A stretch of 63,502 nt of DNA, filler included, from Vermamoeba vermiformis (Eukaryota), in the NCBI GenBank assembly GCA_045837725.1. It is 7 parts of 7 records of this genome, joined end to end, with 100 filler letters (N's around TTAATTAATTAA, not from the genome) between each part and the next. Parts side by side here need not be neighbours in the genome. Positions count along the whole stretch, not along the records: positions 58,469 to 63,502 come from JBEWZL010000122.1; 6 more parts are not named here. One strand, given 5' to 3'. Shown here one piece after another: positions 62,401-63,502 of this stretch (the first letter of the stretch is position 1; the number at the start of each line of letters is the position of its first letter). The translations under genes and the position numbers were made by a program. The notes under the pieces were generated by a model. The model was not told the DNA's origin and did not search any database. It worked only from the letters and a program-made list of their open reading frames with translations.

Positions 62401-63502
62401 CAACTTCAATCATGAGAGTTCTTCATATGTATATAGAACAAAGTTCTAGTACTTAAGTTCTTTGCAGAACATTGCCATTTTCAGCCTCTGGCGTTTAGCC
62501 CAAAGCCTCCTGATTCCAATAGTAGTGCTTCTTGGGTCCACTGATGCTAATGGCAGAGTTTGGTATAAGTTGGTCAATTACTAACATCAGCGGACGCAGC
62601 GACCCCGGACAGACGCAATGTCCATGGACGGATGAAAAATTTTTGGCGGACATCCGCCCTACTAACTGACATTCAGAAAAATAAAAAAATGGCAGACAGC
62701 AGGAATTGAACCTGCTCTGGGACTGTATGGCTACTCAGATTTTTTCTAAGTCCAATAAATAAAAAATCCATGCAGATGCCAGGAATTGAACCCAAAGCAA
62801 CCACACCCCCATACAAACTTACCATAAAATTATGCCTACAGCAGGAATTGAACCTGCTCCTGCACCCATCCTGGCAAAATTACTAAGTCCTACCGGCCGC
62901 CCTGACCAAACCGGCCACCCTGGCCAATTCGGCCTGGCCGTCCCCCTTAAGTATGAACCAAGCAATCAGCACATACTTAATACAACACAACTACGTATTT
63001 TATGCATCACCAATTGAAAGTTCGGCTACAATTCATTGTCACCTAACAGTCCAAAAATTGTTGCATCATTCATACTTTTTATATGGAAGGAATATGCTTA
63101 ACCACATACATGGCATATAGAAATCCTATTAAAAACTTGGTACTATATAATGTATGGTCAGCGGACGTGCGGTCCATGGTGTACATCCAATTTTTGGCGG
63201 ATGGGACGTCCCATTACAATTCTTTCTCAATCTCCAGTGGCCAGAAGCAATGTGGGACGGACACCCTGTCTATGGATGGTGTTCTGTCTAATTTGGGCAG
63301 GATGACCTCAACCAAGCAGATACAATGCTATGTTACTTTCAAAGTTGAGGTTTATCAGCAAAAAAAGTTGCTAGTTCTGCCATTTTCACCTAGACTAGTT
63401 GCCAGTTCAAGCTGCTAATGGCAGAACTTGGTTTAAGTTGGTAAATTACTACTCAGTGGGCAGCCTTCACAGAAGGATGTGGTGAGCAATATTTTTTGGG
63501 TA
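59420..63502. repeat. CpG-poor non-coding mosaic of direct and inverted repeat modules (probable transposon-derived DNA)
   Basis: 30-bp perfect inverted pair 59887-59916 / 60954-60983; inverted pairs 61047-61070 / 62464-62487, 61070-61120 / 63255-63309, 61280-61327 / 63212-63242; recurrent GTCCG/CGGAC and GTTAGTAATT motifs. Confidence 0.75.

Noticed and set aside
59420-63502. Short ORFs in contig 7 as genes
   Set aside because: All are 111 aa or shorter, overlap repeat modules, and show no domains or splice structure.

Overview
Eukaryotic (protist, probably amoebozoan-like) genomic DNA with short AT-rich GT-AG introns. It is seven unrelated contigs joined by artificial 100-nt N-TTAATTAATTAA-N linkers, so adjacency across linkers has no biological meaning. 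Contig 1 (1-4693): a ~1270-aa NACHT/STAND NTPase. Contig 2 (4794-13175): a CpG-free zinc-finger/chromo-like/tyrosine-recombinase gene with flanking repeats, and the 5' part of a DIRS/Ngaro-type retrotransposon. Contig 3 (13276-20425): a Pro2-less Fpg/Nei-like gene followed directly by a ~23-copy palindromic array, longer repeats and decayed ORFs. Contig 4: a deleted ankyrin-PARP pseudogene and a kelch/EGF surface protein. Contig 5: two tandem divergent kinases. Contig 6 (27547-58368): gene-dense host DNA with four paralogous ~150-aa genes sharing a promoter, F-box-LRR, Deg protease, F-box-ankyrin, F-box fused to a degenerate EF-1A-family GTPase, a bacterial-type secreted M15-like peptidase, CYP450, KCTD/BTB and ABCA. 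Contig 7: a Tim17-like gene and a CpG-poor repeat mosaic. Top candidates for novelty: (i) a circularly permuted tRNA-Ser-like RNA at 37930-38100 (-), (ii) the F-box/EF-1A pseudo-GTPase fusion, (iii) the CpG-free chromo-like tyrosine-recombinase element, (iv) the Nei pseudo-enzyme plus palindromic array. All calls come from manual motif reading; no database searches were run.
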